Source: an uncultured Gammaproteobacteria bacterium
GTDB lineage: Bacteria > Patescibacteriota > Patescibacteriia > Magasanikbacterales > UBA922
Length of the DNA stretch: 64,000 nucleotides
Assembly: GCA_964394405.1 (NCBI GenBank)
Contig: CAYMVY010000001.1
Span: 345,236-409,235, forward strand
Direction of reading: 5' to 3'
In this document: one piece after another, positions 29,062-38,726 of the stretch
Layout of the letters: each line of letters opens with the position of its first letter
How positions within the stretch are numbered: the first letter of the stretch is position 1
Made by a program: the position numbers and the translations under genes
The notes under the pieces: generated by a model
Database searches by the model: none
What the model was told of the DNA's origin: nothing
The model's input: only the letters and a program-made list of their open reading frames with translations

Positions 29062-30776
29062 TTCAGTACGTTACCGATCATGTGGCAGGATTGCTTGAGA
29101 CATTAGGAATTTCCGAAAAGAATATTTCACTCACTGAGCCGCCAAAACCAGAAATGGGAAATATCGCGTTTCCTGTTTTTCAGTATGCAAAAGAGAATAA
29201 ACTATCTCCAGTTGAAGCTGCAAAGATGCTCGCAGAAAAATTTAACGAGGAAACCGAAGACACACTCGTTGAACGAGCAGAAGCATTTGGACCATACGTT
29301 AATTTTTTCTTGAATGACCGAGAACTGGCACGGATTGTACTCAATCTTTCAGAACATGCCGCATCAGTAGTGCCTGATTCAAAAGGCACGATCATGATTG
29401 AATACGCGTGCCCAAATACGCATAAGGCATTTCATATTGGGCACCTGCGCAATGTAATTCTCGGTGAATCGTTAGTCCGACTTCATGAATATGCCGGGTA
29501 TCGAGTGATTCGGGCAAATTATCAGGGAGATGTGGGGATGCATATTGCAAAATGTCTCTGGGGAATTGAGAAATTACATAGTGAATATGAGGCAATCAAA
29601 AGCGCTCCTCTAAAAGAGAGAATGAAATTCATTGGAAAAGCATATGCTCTAGGTGCTACTGCATTTGAAACTGATGAAAAATCAGCAGAGGAAATCAAGA
29701 GCTATAATGAAATGATTTATGAGAAAAACCAGAGCATTCTCGATGTATATGAGACGACTCGAGGATGGAGCTTGGAGTATCTGGAAAATATATACCAGCT
29801 TCTCGATACCAAATTTGATCGATATTATTTTGAATCAGAAGTATTCGCTCGAGCAGTAGATATCGTGCATGAACAGGTCGTGAAAGGTGTGTTTGTGCAG
29901 AGTGAGGGTGCGGTGATTTTCAAAGGGAGCGAGCATGGACTACATGATCGAGTATTTTTCACTACTGCAGGATTTCCGACCTATGAAGCCAAGGATTTGG
30001 CACTTGCAGAGAAACAGTTTAATGAATTTCATCCAGACGGGGTATATCACGTAATTGGTCCTGAGCAGTCTGATTATTTGAAAGTGTTGTTCAAAGCTCT
30101 GGAATACACACTTCCCGAAAGCACACACAAGGAATTTCATGTGCCCTATGGCTGGGTAACTCTTAAAGGTGGGAAAATGAGTTCACGAACAGGGAATGTC
30201 ATTCCTGCAGAAGATTTGATGAGCGAAGTCGAAAACCTTATTAGAGAGCACATTGAGACAAGTGAAGTCAAAACAACAGTATCTGCTGAGGAAAAGGAAG
30301 ATATAATTAAAAGAGTCGCAATGGGGGCGATAAAGTATGCATTCCTCAAAATTGGTCGTACAAATGACATGGTTTTTGATATGGAAGAATCAGTGTCTAC
30401 TGCGGGAGACAGTGGTCCCTATCTCCTCTATATTGTAGCTCGGTTCAAACGTATCATTGCCAAAAGTACACAAACCAAGATTCAGAATGAACTATATATT
30501 CCAGAAGTTCTAGAAGCAGCTGAACGAGAACTCATAACCAAGCTTGGCGGATTTGAAACAGCAGTCGGCGAAGCAGTTGAAAAACGCGATCCTTCATGTA
30601 TTGCACAGTATCAATTCGAGCTGGCGCAAGCCGGGAGCCGATTTTATCAGGAGTGTCCGGTGTTGGGGAGCGGGGAACAAATACAGGAGTTTAGAATTGC
30701 ATTAATCAAGAAAGTAGTTCATACTATGGAGCGTGGCTTCGACCTTCTCGGTATTACGACCGTCGAGCACATGTAA
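29058..30776 (+). CDS. argS: arginine--tRNA ligase
   Basis: CPNTHKAFHIGHLRNVILGESL (ArgRS HIGH region), the GKMSSRTGNV catalytic loop and a C-terminal DALR anticodon-binding region. Its start overlaps the tyrS stop (ATGA). Confidence 0.88.
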   Translation: MIQYVTDHVAGLLETLGISEKNISLTEPPKPEMGNIAFPVFQYAKENKLSPVEAAKMLAEKFNEETEDTLVERAEAFGPYVNFFLNDRELARIVLNLSEHAASVVPDSKGTIMIEYACPNTHKAFHIGHLRNVILGESLVRLHEYAGYRVIRANYQGDVGMHIAKCLWGIEKLHSEYEAIKSAPLKERMKFIGKAYALGATAFETDEKSAEEIKSYNEMIYEKNQSILDVYETTRGWSLEYLENIYQLLDTKFDRYYFESEVFARAVDIVHEQVVKGVFVQSEGAVIFKGSEHGLHDRVFFTTAGFPTYEAKDLALAEKQFNEFHPDGVYHVIGPEQSDYLKVLFKALEYTLPESTHKEFHVPYGWVTLKGGKMSSRTGNVIPAEDLMSEVENLIREHIETSEVKTTVSAEEKEDIIKRVAMGAIKYAFLKIGRTNDMVFDMEESVSTAGDSGPYLLYIVARFKRIIAKSTQTKIQNELYIPEVLEAAERELITKLGGFETAVGEAVEKRDPSCIAQYQFELAQAGSRFYQECPVLGSGEQIQEFRIALIKKVVHTMERGFDLLGITTVEHM

Positions 30777-30788
30777 TGGTAGTTTAGT

Positions 30789-31280
30789 ATGTTTTCGCTC
30801 ATAAAACAGATATTATCCGATGTCCGTGAAGCCCATTTATCAAAATGGGTATTTAGGTTGATTCTCGTGTGTGCGAGCATCGGCTTTCTTGATGCGACAT
30901 ATTTATCCATAGAGCATTTACTTGGGGTACTGGGGGGAGGAGATGGGTCAGTAAATTGTATCGTAGGGTCTTCGGGAAGCTGCAATATCGTGCTTCAGAG
31001 TATTTATTCTGAAGTATTGGGAATCCCACTCTCATATCTCGGACTGTTCTACTACGCTACGATTCTCACTATCGTCATACTACTGTATAAAAGACGCAAT
31101 ATACGTCTCTGGCATCTATTGCAGGGAATCATCGCATTTGGATTTGTGACCAGTCTCTATCTTGTCTATCTGCAGCTGTTTGTGCTCTATACGGTGTGCC
31201 CGTATTGTATGCTCTCAGCTGCAATGTCAGTACTCATGTTTGGGGGTGTAGTGTGGCAGAGAGTTAAAAATCGTATATGA
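30789..31280 (+). CDS. vitamin K epoxide reductase (VKOR) family membrane protein
   Basis: Four or five TM helices, a loop Cys pair (CIVGSSGSC) and CPYC in the last TM helix, which is the VKOR CxxC active site. Confidence 0.65.
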   Translation: MFSLIKQILSDVREAHLSKWVFRLILVCASIGFLDATYLSIEHLLGVLGGGDGSVNCIVGSSGSCNIVLQSIYSEVLGIPLSYLGLFYYATILTIVILLYKRRNIRLWHLLQGIIAFGFVTSLYLVYLQLFVLYTVCPYCMLSAAMSVLMFGGVVWQRVKNRI

Positions 31281-32389
31281 AAATCCCCGAATTTATTTCA
31301 CTTGCGGATACTAAAAAAATAGAGGGTCTGAGGTCAATAGGTGTTATTATACGTGATGAAATACGAAGTCAGACTGATGAATTATGCGAAATACGCAATC
31401 CACAACTTCGTGATACTCCAGAGGAGTTTGGTCAAAAAAAAGATGAGTTCTTTAAAAACTATCAATCTGAAAGCGTGTACTGTTACTTACCATGGCGAAA
31501 CATTTGTATCCGAATACTTTCCAAAGAATTGTATCATGAATTACATACAGCGCGGAATAAGAATCTAATTACAAAAGACGAACAAAAAAATTTTAGAGAA
31601 GCTCGAGTTGCGATTGCTGGTATGAGCGTGGGGAGTAATATCGCGCGAGTATGTGCTATGCAGGGCGGTCCCTGGCGCCTGAGTTTGGCTGATGCTGATA
31701 CGTACAGTATTTCAAATTTTAATCGGGCACTGGGGGGTATCCATTATATCGATGTCAAAAAGGTAGAGGCAGTCACCGAGCAACTATATGAGATTGATCC
31801 ATTTTTACAGGCCAGTACATTTTCAGAGGGCATAACAGAAACAAATCTTGAGGAGTTTATGACTCTTGATGGTAAGCCAGTGGACATACTTATTGAAGAA
31901 ATCGATTCGCTCACAATTAAAATTGCATTACGTAAATATGCAAGTGCACATCGTATTCCAGTGGTTAGTATTACGGATAATGGGGATGGTGTCTTGGTAG
32001 ATATCGAGAGATATGATGAGGACTATACATTTGAGCAGTTTATGGACCGGTTAAAAGAGGTGAAATTGGGAAATACAGGCGAAAGACCCCGCATCCAAGA
32101 TATTGCACGTGCCGTTACCAATTTTATTGGAGCAGAAGACATTGAGACACGGATGCTCGATTCAGTGGCTCATGTGGGGAAGGATTTATATTCATGGCCA
32201 CAGCTCGGGAATGCTGCAATATTGGCAGGGAGTGTAGGTTCATTTGCAATCCGACATATTGCAAATGGTGGACTCAAAAAAAGTGGTAGAATAGCGATTT
32301 CGCTTTCAAAGATTTTTGGTATCTTTGATAGTGATGAGAAAGAACGAAGAGAATCTTTATTATCGTATTATCATTATGAAAAAAAATAA
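31277..32389 (+). CDS. ThiF/MoeB/E1-like adenylyltransferase-fold protein with an N-terminal extension of about 110 aa
   Basis: Rossmann motif VAIAGMSVGSNIARVCAMQG followed by LSLADADTYSISNFNR, the E1/ThiF signature (D-x-D ... N-L-N-R). 370 aa. Confidence 0.6.
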   Translation: MKIPEFISLADTKKIEGLRSIGVIIRDEIRSQTDELCEIRNPQLRDTPEEFGQKKDEFFKNYQSESVYCYLPWRNICIRILSKELYHELHTARNKNLITKDEQKNFREARVAIAGMSVGSNIARVCAMQGGPWRLSLADADTYSISNFNRALGGIHYIDVKKVEAVTEQLYEIDPFLQASTFSEGITETNLEEFMTLDGKPVDILIEEIDSLTIKIALRKYASAHRIPVVSITDNGDGVLVDIERYDEDYTFEQFMDRLKEVKLGNTGERPRIQDIARAVTNFIGAEDIETRMLDSVAHVGKDLYSWPQLGNAAILAGSVGSFAIRHIANGGLKKSGRIAISLSKIFGIFDSDEKERRESLLSYYHYEKK

Positions 32390-33980
32390 AATAATTATTG
32401 ATGGTGAACACTTGGGACTAGAAGATGTGCATGTGGTGGCGCAGGATTTTGTGCAGGTTGCGGTTTCAAAAGAAAGCAAAAAAAAGATACATTTATCAAG
32501 AAAAATGGTTGATTCCGCAGTGGAAGACGAAAAAGTAGTATATGGAGTTACTACTGGATTTGGACCATTCGTCTCAGTTTTGATCCCCAAAAAATATCAG
32601 ACAGAGTTACAGGAAAATTTGATTAGAAGTCATTCAGCAAACGTAGGACCATTATTTTCTGTTGAAGAAACCCGAGCAGCTATGTTGCTTCGTGTTAACG
32701 CATTTTCAAAAGGATACTCAGGGGTGCGTCATGAATTGGTCGATTTACTCACTGAAATGTTAAATAAAAATATCCATCCATGTATTCCCCAGTGGGGATC
32801 AGTAGGAGCAAGTGGAGACTTAACACCATCATCACATATCGCTCTCGCTATGATGGGGGAAGGAATGGTTGAATATAAGGGTAATATAATTCCTGCAAAA
32901 GAAGCACTCACTCATGCGGGACTTACGCCAATACAGTTTAAGGCAAAAGAAGGGCTGGCATTGATAAACGGTACGACCATGATGACCGGTGTAGCAAGCC
33001 TTCAGTTATACGATTCGTGGAATCTTATAAAAAACGCAGAAATTATTAGTGCGTTATCGATAGAGGCATTACAAGGATCGATGGAGCCATTTTTACCTCG
33101 TGCGCATGCAGTAAAACCACATCCAGGACAGCTAAAGGTGGTTAAAAATTTAAATGCCTTACTGCGTGATAGTAAATTGGTTTGGAATTCAAAAGAAGTA
33201 GACCGTATCAAGAAAGAATTACAGGCAAGAATTAAAGAAAATCAAGAAGTTTTTGAATCCGGTGTACATGTGCAAAATGTCTATTCATTGAGAGCTGTGC
33301 CTCAGATACTTGGCGCTGTACGTGATGCACTTGAATATATAACCAGGCAAATTATTACCGAGATGAATTCAGCAAATGATAATCCGTTATTTTTTCCTGA
33401 TTTAGGTATTTCATACCAGGGCGCACATTTCCATGGACAACCAGTGGCTATTCCAATGGATGTATTATCAATTGTACTTACTGAGATTGGCGTGCTGTCA
33501 GAAAGACGTTTGAATAAAATTCTAGACCCAGTTCGCAATAATGGTCTTGCGCCTTTTTTGGCACGTGGAAAATCAGGTTTGCGCTGCGGACTGGAAGGTG
33601 CGCAATATGTTGCAACCGCACTTGTGGCGGAATGTCGGACTTTGTGTAATCCAGCGTCTATACAGTCTATTCCTTCAAATGGTGAGAATCAGGACGTGGT
33701 GAGTATGGGACTAGTTGCAGCGCGGAAAGCTCGCGATATAAAAGAAAAAATCGAGTATATTTTGGCAGTTGAGCTTCTCGGAGCGTGTGAAGCGATGGAG
33801 GAAAGAGAAAAGAAAAAAATGTCATCTGCAGGACGTATGGTCTATGACCTGGTTCGCAGAAAAATAAAACCATATGACTCCGATCAAATCATGCATACTA
33901 ATATTGAAGAGGTGCGAGACATGATTCATAGCGGAGCTTTAGTCTCTCTAATAGAGAAAAAGCTTAAAATTATTCTTTAA
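32376..33980 (+). CDS. aromatic amino acid ammonia-lyase/aminomutase family (HAL/PAL-type, MIO cofactor)
   Basis: GSVGASGDLTPSSHIA contains the Ala-Ser-Gly triad that forms MIO. The HAL/PAL fold is conserved throughout. The ATG at 32376 is chosen because the track ORF start overlaps the upstream gene. Confidence 0.8.
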   Translation: MKKNKIIIDGEHLGLEDVHVVAQDFVQVAVSKESKKKIHLSRKMVDSAVEDEKVVYGVTTGFGPFVSVLIPKKYQTELQENLIRSHSANVGPLFSVEETRAAMLLRVNAFSKGYSGVRHELVDLLTEMLNKNIHPCIPQWGSVGASGDLTPSSHIALAMMGEGMVEYKGNIIPAKEALTHAGLTPIQFKAKEGLALINGTTMMTGVASLQLYDSWNLIKNAEIISALSIEALQGSMEPFLPRAHAVKPHPGQLKVVKNLNALLRDSKLVWNSKEVDRIKKELQARIKENQEVFESGVHVQNVYSLRAVPQILGAVRDALEYITRQIITEMNSANDNPLFFPDLGISYQGAHFHGQPVAIPMDVLSIVLTEIGVLSERRLNKILDPVRNNGLAPFLARGKSGLRCGLEGAQYVATALVAECRTLCNPASIQSIPSNGENQDVVSMGLVAARKARDIKEKIEYILAVELLGACEAMEEREKKKMSSAGRMVYDLVRRKIKPYDSDQIMHTNIEEVRDMIHSGALVSLIEKKLKIIL

Positions 33981-33990
33981 TTTTTGACCT

Positions 33991-35457
33991 ATGTATACCC
34001 GTGTTCATCAGCTTCAAAAAGATTTAAGAACACGGGATGATCATTTTTGGTTGGATCTGGGGCAAAAACAAGCATTGAGAGTATTTCATAAATCAGCAGA
34101 ACACACACCCGCGTATAAAGATTTTTTGTTGAAAAATGGAATTAAAAATCATAAAAAAATTAGAACTTTTAAAGATTTCATACAGTACGTTCCAGTGAGC
34201 GATAAAGAGAATTACATCAAAAAATATCCAATCAGTGAGTTATGTTATGGGGGAAATCAAGCTGAAGGGAGTATCATTTCTCAAAGTTCAGGAACCATTA
34301 CTGGGAAATCATCTCTATGGCCCCGCTTTAAAAATAGTGAAGAAAGAAGTGGTTTGTTACACGAAGTGTTGTTGAATGAATTTTTTAAACACTCAAAAAT
34401 CAAAACTCTGTATGTAATTTGTTTTCATTTGGGATCACATATTGCAGGATTTATTACGGCTACAAGTATTAGGGAAGTAGTGTACAAGACATCGAAAGGT
34501 ACACTCATGACGCCAGGGCTTGATAAAAAAGATATACTTACAGTACTAAAGAAAGTTTCCCCGCACTACGAGCAGACAGTTCTTATTGGTTATCCTCCTT
34601 TTCTAAAAGATATAATGCGCGATGCAATAGAAGAGAAGATAAGAGTGAATAAATTGAATATTAAATATATTTTTTCAGCAGAGTCCTTTCCGGAGCATTG
34701 GCGTGACTATGTCCATGGACTAGCAGGATATGAGAAGGGGGTAGACTATGCGAGTATTAATATCTACGGTTCAGCTGATGTTGGTTTTATGGCGCATGAA
34801 ACACCAGCCATGATCCGACTACGCCGCCTATTAGCAGAGGATGAGAAGTCGTGCGAAGAATTGAGGATCACTCAAAGTTACATACCAGCATTGTATCAGT
34901 TCCATCCGTGGGCAATTTACTTTGAATCGATAAATAGAGAGTTGGTTTGTTCAGCTGATGCGGGTATACCATTAATACGGTATAATATAAAAGATTTCGG
35001 ACAGGTGTATTCGCTTTCACATAGTAAACAGATAAAAGAAAAAATATTTAATACTGATGACTGGGAGTTACCTATTATTTCAGTGTATGGCCGGAGTAAT
35101 TATAGTGCAACGATATACGGAGTTAATATCTACCCGGAACATATTAGGCAGATTATGACAACTGATGATTTTTTCTCTATTTGCAGTGGTAAATTTTTTT
35201 TGAAAACTACTTTTGGGAAAGAAGATGAGAATCTTGAAATCCATATGGAATTAAACCCAAGAACACGATTTGATAGCAACGTCAGAAGAAGATTACAAAA
35301 AAATATGGTCGAACATCTACAAAAGATTAACTTGGAATATAAAAAATTGTGTAGCGTGGTACAAAAAAAAGCTTACCCGAAACTCATAACCTACAAATTT
35401 GGGTCTCCCGAGTTCAGGGCATTAAAAATGAAGTACAAATATATTGTTACCAATTAA
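33991..35457 (+). CDS. PaaK-like adenylate-forming enzyme (phenylacetate-CoA ligase / F390 synthetase family)
   Basis: IISQSSGTITGKSS (SSGTTGK adenylation motif) and the family-typical N-terminal helical region. 488 aa. Confidence 0.65.
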   Translation: MYTRVHQLQKDLRTRDDHFWLDLGQKQALRVFHKSAEHTPAYKDFLLKNGIKNHKKIRTFKDFIQYVPVSDKENYIKKYPISELCYGGNQAEGSIISQSSGTITGKSSLWPRFKNSEERSGLLHEVLLNEFFKHSKIKTLYVICFHLGSHIAGFITATSIREVVYKTSKGTLMTPGLDKKDILTVLKKVSPHYEQTVLIGYPPFLKDIMRDAIEEKIRVNKLNIKYIFSAESFPEHWRDYVHGLAGYEKGVDYASINIYGSADVGFMAHETPAMIRLRRLLAEDEKSCEELRITQSYIPALYQFHPWAIYFESINRELVCSADAGIPLIRYNIKDFGQVYSLSHSKQIKEKIFNTDDWELPIISVYGRSNYSATIYGVNIYPEHIRQIMTTDDFFSICSGKFFLKTTFGKEDENLEIHMELNPRTRFDSNVRRRLQKNMVEHLQKINLEYKKLCSVVQKKAYPKLITYKFGSPEFRALKMKYKYIVTN

Positions 35458-35463
35458 TGCCGT

Positions 35464-36522
35464 ATGTATCATAAGATTGTACATATCTTAGAGACTGCTG
35501 TATACGCACCATCAGGTGAAAACTCACAACCATGGCGCTTTGAATTTTCTAAAGATGTACTTTCTGTATACAATCTTCCAAAAAGGGATAACGCTATTTA
35601 TAATTATCGTCAACGAGGTTCGTATATTGCGCATGGTGCATTAATACAAAATATCACTATTGCAGCACCATCAGTTGGGCTTATTCCCGAAGTTCACATG
35701 TTCCCGGATCATCATGATACTGACTTGGTTGCAAAAATTTCTTTTCGTGAAGCACGTCCGGTGAGTTCGGAATGGGTGTCTGTAATTAAACAGAGGTCTA
35801 CGAATCGGAAAAAATACAAAAATGAAAAATTAGATCAAGGAACCATAGAAAAACTCAAAAAAAGCACTGAAGACATTGGTCACTGCAAGGTATTGTTTAT
35901 TGAAGATTCTCGAACTATTACAAAAATGGCTTCGTGTATGAGTACTCCAGATAGAATCATGTTGGAATATAAGCCACTTCATGATACAATTTTTGGGAAC
36001 ATCTGCTGGACTGATACTGAGAATGAAAAAAGAAAAATGGGTCTTTTTGTAAAGACCATGGAACTTGCTCCTCCAGAAGAGGTTGTTTTCCGTCTTTTGA
36101 AGCATTGGCCAATTGCGCGGTTCGCACAGTTGATTGGACTCACTAAATTCATCTCACAAGAGAACGCAAAAAAATACAGTAGTGGCTCAGCGTATGCAGT
36201 ATTCGTGGTGGAAAATAAGGATTCTGACTATGTCTATGCTGGTATGGCAATGCAGCAACTTTGGCTCACTGCAATCACCTGTGGGCTAGTAGCCCACCCC
36301 CTCGCGGCACTCCCATATCTATATGAAAATATCCATAATGGTGGGGTGAGTGACCTTTCGGGCAAACATGTGGAACTCATAGACAATGCCTATAAGAGTC
36401 TGTCAGAGGTGTGTGCAATACCAGACTCACACAAAATAGCCATGATTCTCCGTATCGGGAAAGGTGATGCAGTACAAGCTGTGTCCCCCAAACTTAAACC
36501 AGAGATTACCATGCATACATAA
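35464..36522 (+). CDS. nitroreductase-family (FMN-dependent) protein, extended two-lobed form
   Basis: The N-terminal TAVYAPSGENSQPWRF is the nitroreductase FMN-binding signature. 352 aa is longer than the roughly 200 aa of classic nitroreductases, compatible with tandem or SagB-like forms. Confidence 0.6.
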   Translation: MYHKIVHILETAVYAPSGENSQPWRFEFSKDVLSVYNLPKRDNAIYNYRQRGSYIAHGALIQNITIAAPSVGLIPEVHMFPDHHDTDLVAKISFREARPVSSEWVSVIKQRSTNRKKYKNEKLDQGTIEKLKKSTEDIGHCKVLFIEDSRTITKMASCMSTPDRIMLEYKPLHDTIFGNICWTDTENEKRKMGLFVKTMELAPPEEVVFRLLKHWPIARFAQLIGLTKFISQENAKKYSSGSAYAVFVVENKDSDYVYAGMAMQQLWLTAITCGLVAHPLAALPYLYENIHNGGVSDLSGKHVELIDNAYKSLSEVCAIPDSHKIAMILRIGKGDAVQAVSPKLKPEITMHT

Positions 36523-36526
36523 CACT

Positions 36527-38140
36527 ATGCAGCTCCCTAATTTTTTTTCCCTTGAATTTATTTCACTGTTAGTGACATTTTTAGTAAATGGAACACTGAT
36601 TTTTTTGGTGTACAAGGAAGATCGGAAGAATACCACTAATAGGGCGTTTATCGCACTTAATCTATCTATTTCACTGTGGTTGTTCGTACTATACCTTGAT
36701 TCATTGCGGGGACCAAGCCTCAATCTTGCACGCCTGAGTATTTTCTTTGCAGCGCTTATCAGTTTTTTCTTTTTTATCATATCGTTCGTGTTGCCAAAAC
36801 GTAGTTTTAAAATAGGTAAGATACAAAAATACATACTGTATATTTCAACTATTGCAGTCATGGCGGTCACCTTATCACCGTATGCATTTATTGATTTAAA
36901 AATGGTTGATGATAAATTGACCGTGATACCTGGTTTTGGCTTGCTCGTCTTTGGGGTGTATACAGTAGTTTTGAGTATTGGGGCAGTAGTAAATGTAATT
37001 CGAAGATTTGCATCTTCAAAAGGTGATGAGAGAAAACAGCTCCGGATTGTGATTTTTGGCATGTCGCTCATGTTAGCCTTGATCACTACAACCATTTTAT
37101 TACCTATAATATTTTTTTCCAATGCTAATTTTATTGTTTTTGCACCACTTTATGCATTGATATTCCTGATAAGCGTAGCGTTTGCAATTTTAAAGTACCA
37201 CCTATTTGATATTAAAATTATTGCTACTGAATCACTCGTATCAATTATCATTCTAGTGCTCATGGTGGAAGGTCTACTTTCGGGATCGATAACTGAATTA
37301 TTGTATAAAATAGCATTTGCTCTTGCGATTGGAATACTCGGTGTATTTGTGGTACGTAGCGTTGAACGTGAGATTAAACAGAGGGAAGAACTTGGGCGAT
37401 TGGCACATTCTCTCGAAAAAGCAAACATCAAACTCAAAGAACTCGATGACTTAAAAACTGAGTTTCTCTCAATCGCGACACACCAATTGCGCACACCCTT
37501 ATCGATTATCAAGGGGTACATTGAACTAATCGAAGATGGGATCTATGGCAAACCAAGTAAAAAATTGGCAGAAGTACTTCATAACATGGATATAAGCAAT
37601 GAACGTCTGGTTAAACTAGTTGATGAGTTTCTTGATGTGACGAGAATCGAGCAGGGGAGAACACAATATCATTTTGAAAAAATGGACTTCAGTGCGATGG
37701 TGAAGGATGTTCTGAAAGAGCTTACTGAAAAAGCATCTCTCAAGCAGATTGTATTCGAAGATAATGCCTCAAGAAAAATGGAGATTGTCGGAGATATTGA
37801 TCGACTCCGTCATGGAGTATTCAATTTTGTTGATAATGCAATCAAGTATAGTCCGTCTGGATCGACTGTGCAGATTACAGTCTCGAGAGAAAAAGGTGGT
37901 GTTGCCGTACGGGTGAATGACCAGGGACCCGGACTAGACGAGAAAGATATCAATAATCTATTCCAGAAATTTTATCGTTCTCCAAACGTGTCGAGAGATT
38001 TTGAGGGAACAGGATTGGGCATCTATGTCTGTCGCATGTTTATTGAAGCACATGGGGGACGTGTATGGGCAGAGAGCAAAGGGATTGGTCGTGGAAGTGA
38101 GTTTGGATTCTGGGTTCCAGAGAAGCCTCAAAACTCTTGA
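36527..38140 (+). CDS. membrane sensor histidine kinase
   Basis: Six or seven N-terminal TM helices, HisKA (FLSIATHQLRTPLSIIKGY) and HATPase_c (DNAIKYSPSG ... GTGLGIYVCRMFIEAHGG). Confidence 0.85.
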   Translation: MQLPNFFSLEFISLLVTFLVNGTLIFLVYKEDRKNTTNRAFIALNLSISLWLFVLYLDSLRGPSLNLARLSIFFAALISFFFFIISFVLPKRSFKIGKIQKYILYISTIAVMAVTLSPYAFIDLKMVDDKLTVIPGFGLLVFGVYTVVLSIGAVVNVIRRFASSKGDERKQLRIVIFGMSLMLALITTTILLPIIFFSNANFIVFAPLYALIFLISVAFAILKYHLFDIKIIATESLVSIIILVLMVEGLLSGSITELLYKIAFALAIGILGVFVVRSVEREIKQREELGRLAHSLEKANIKLKELDDLKTEFLSIATHQLRTPLSIIKGYIELIEDGIYGKPSKKLAEVLHNMDISNERLVKLVDEFLDVTRIEQGRTQYHFEKMDFSAMVKDVLKELTEKASLKQIVFEDNASRKMEIVGDIDRLRHGVFNFVDNAIKYSPSGSTVQITVSREKGGVAVRVNDQGPGLDEKDINNLFQKFYRSPNVSRDFEGTGLGIYVCRMFIEAHGGRVWAESKGIGRGSEFGFWVPEKPQNS

Positions 38141-38205
38141 TTCCTTGCGAAATATACAAAATTTAGATATACTTAACTATCATGTTTTAACATTAATCTT
38201 CTGCT

Positions 38206-38694
38206 ATGTTTAAAAATTCTTCTGAATTGCAAAAACCTCAAGTGGCTCCGCCAGTGAACACTAGCCGTACTCAGCATGATGAGATTGAAACGGTGGTCGG
38301 TCCGTCAGTTGTGGTTGAAGGTGATTTTTCTTCAGAAGGGAACATTCTCGTAAAAGGTACGGTGTCTGGAAATGTACAGACCGGACGACTGTTGACCGTA
38401 GAAGAAGGGGCAAAAATTCTTGCAAATGTGAAAGCGAGTGATGCTTTGGTAGCGGGTGAAGTAAAAGGAAATATGCGGGTTGAAGAAAAATTACAGCTCA
38501 CCCAGTCTGCGCGCGTACTGGGCGATATTTATTGTAGAGTGCTCGAGGTGGAATCAGGGGCGATCATACATGGAAAAGTTACCATGACTGATATTGAAAT
38601 CGAAGACATCAGGCCTGAGCGCAAACGTGCCGTGAGCCGGGGTAAGTCAAAAGTAGAATTCGCTTCAGAAGAAATGACTGAAGAAGTTTCCTAA
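38206..38694 (+). CDS. bactofilin family cytoskeletal protein
   Basis: A beta-helical repeat core typical of bactofilin (DUF583), VVVEGDFSSEGNILVKGTVSGNV...GEVKGNMRVEEKLQL, with Pro/Glu-rich termini. Confidence 0.75.
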   Translation: MFKNSSELQKPQVAPPVNTSRTQHDEIETVVGPSVVVEGDFSSEGNILVKGTVSGNVQTGRLLTVEEGAKILANVKASDALVAGEVKGNMRVEEKLQLTQSARVLGDIYCRVLEVESGAIIHGKVTMTDIEIEDIRPERKRAVSRGKSKVEFASEEMTEEVS

Positions 38695-38726
38695 CCTCTT
38701 CTGGGAAACTGTTTTTGCGATAGGGT

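Noticed and set aside
36427-37122. 231-aa minus-strand ORF
   Set aside because: It is antisense to the TM region of the sensor histidine kinase and to the end of the nitroreductase gene. It is hydrophobic only because it mirrors a TM-coding region.
38206-38694. Bactofilin ORF as a polymerase/adhesin fragment
   Set aside because: The repeat pattern (VxGxV, EVKGN, VLGDI) fits the bactofilin beta-helix, not LPXTG adhesins or left-handed acyltransferase hexapeptides. It is kept as bactofilin.
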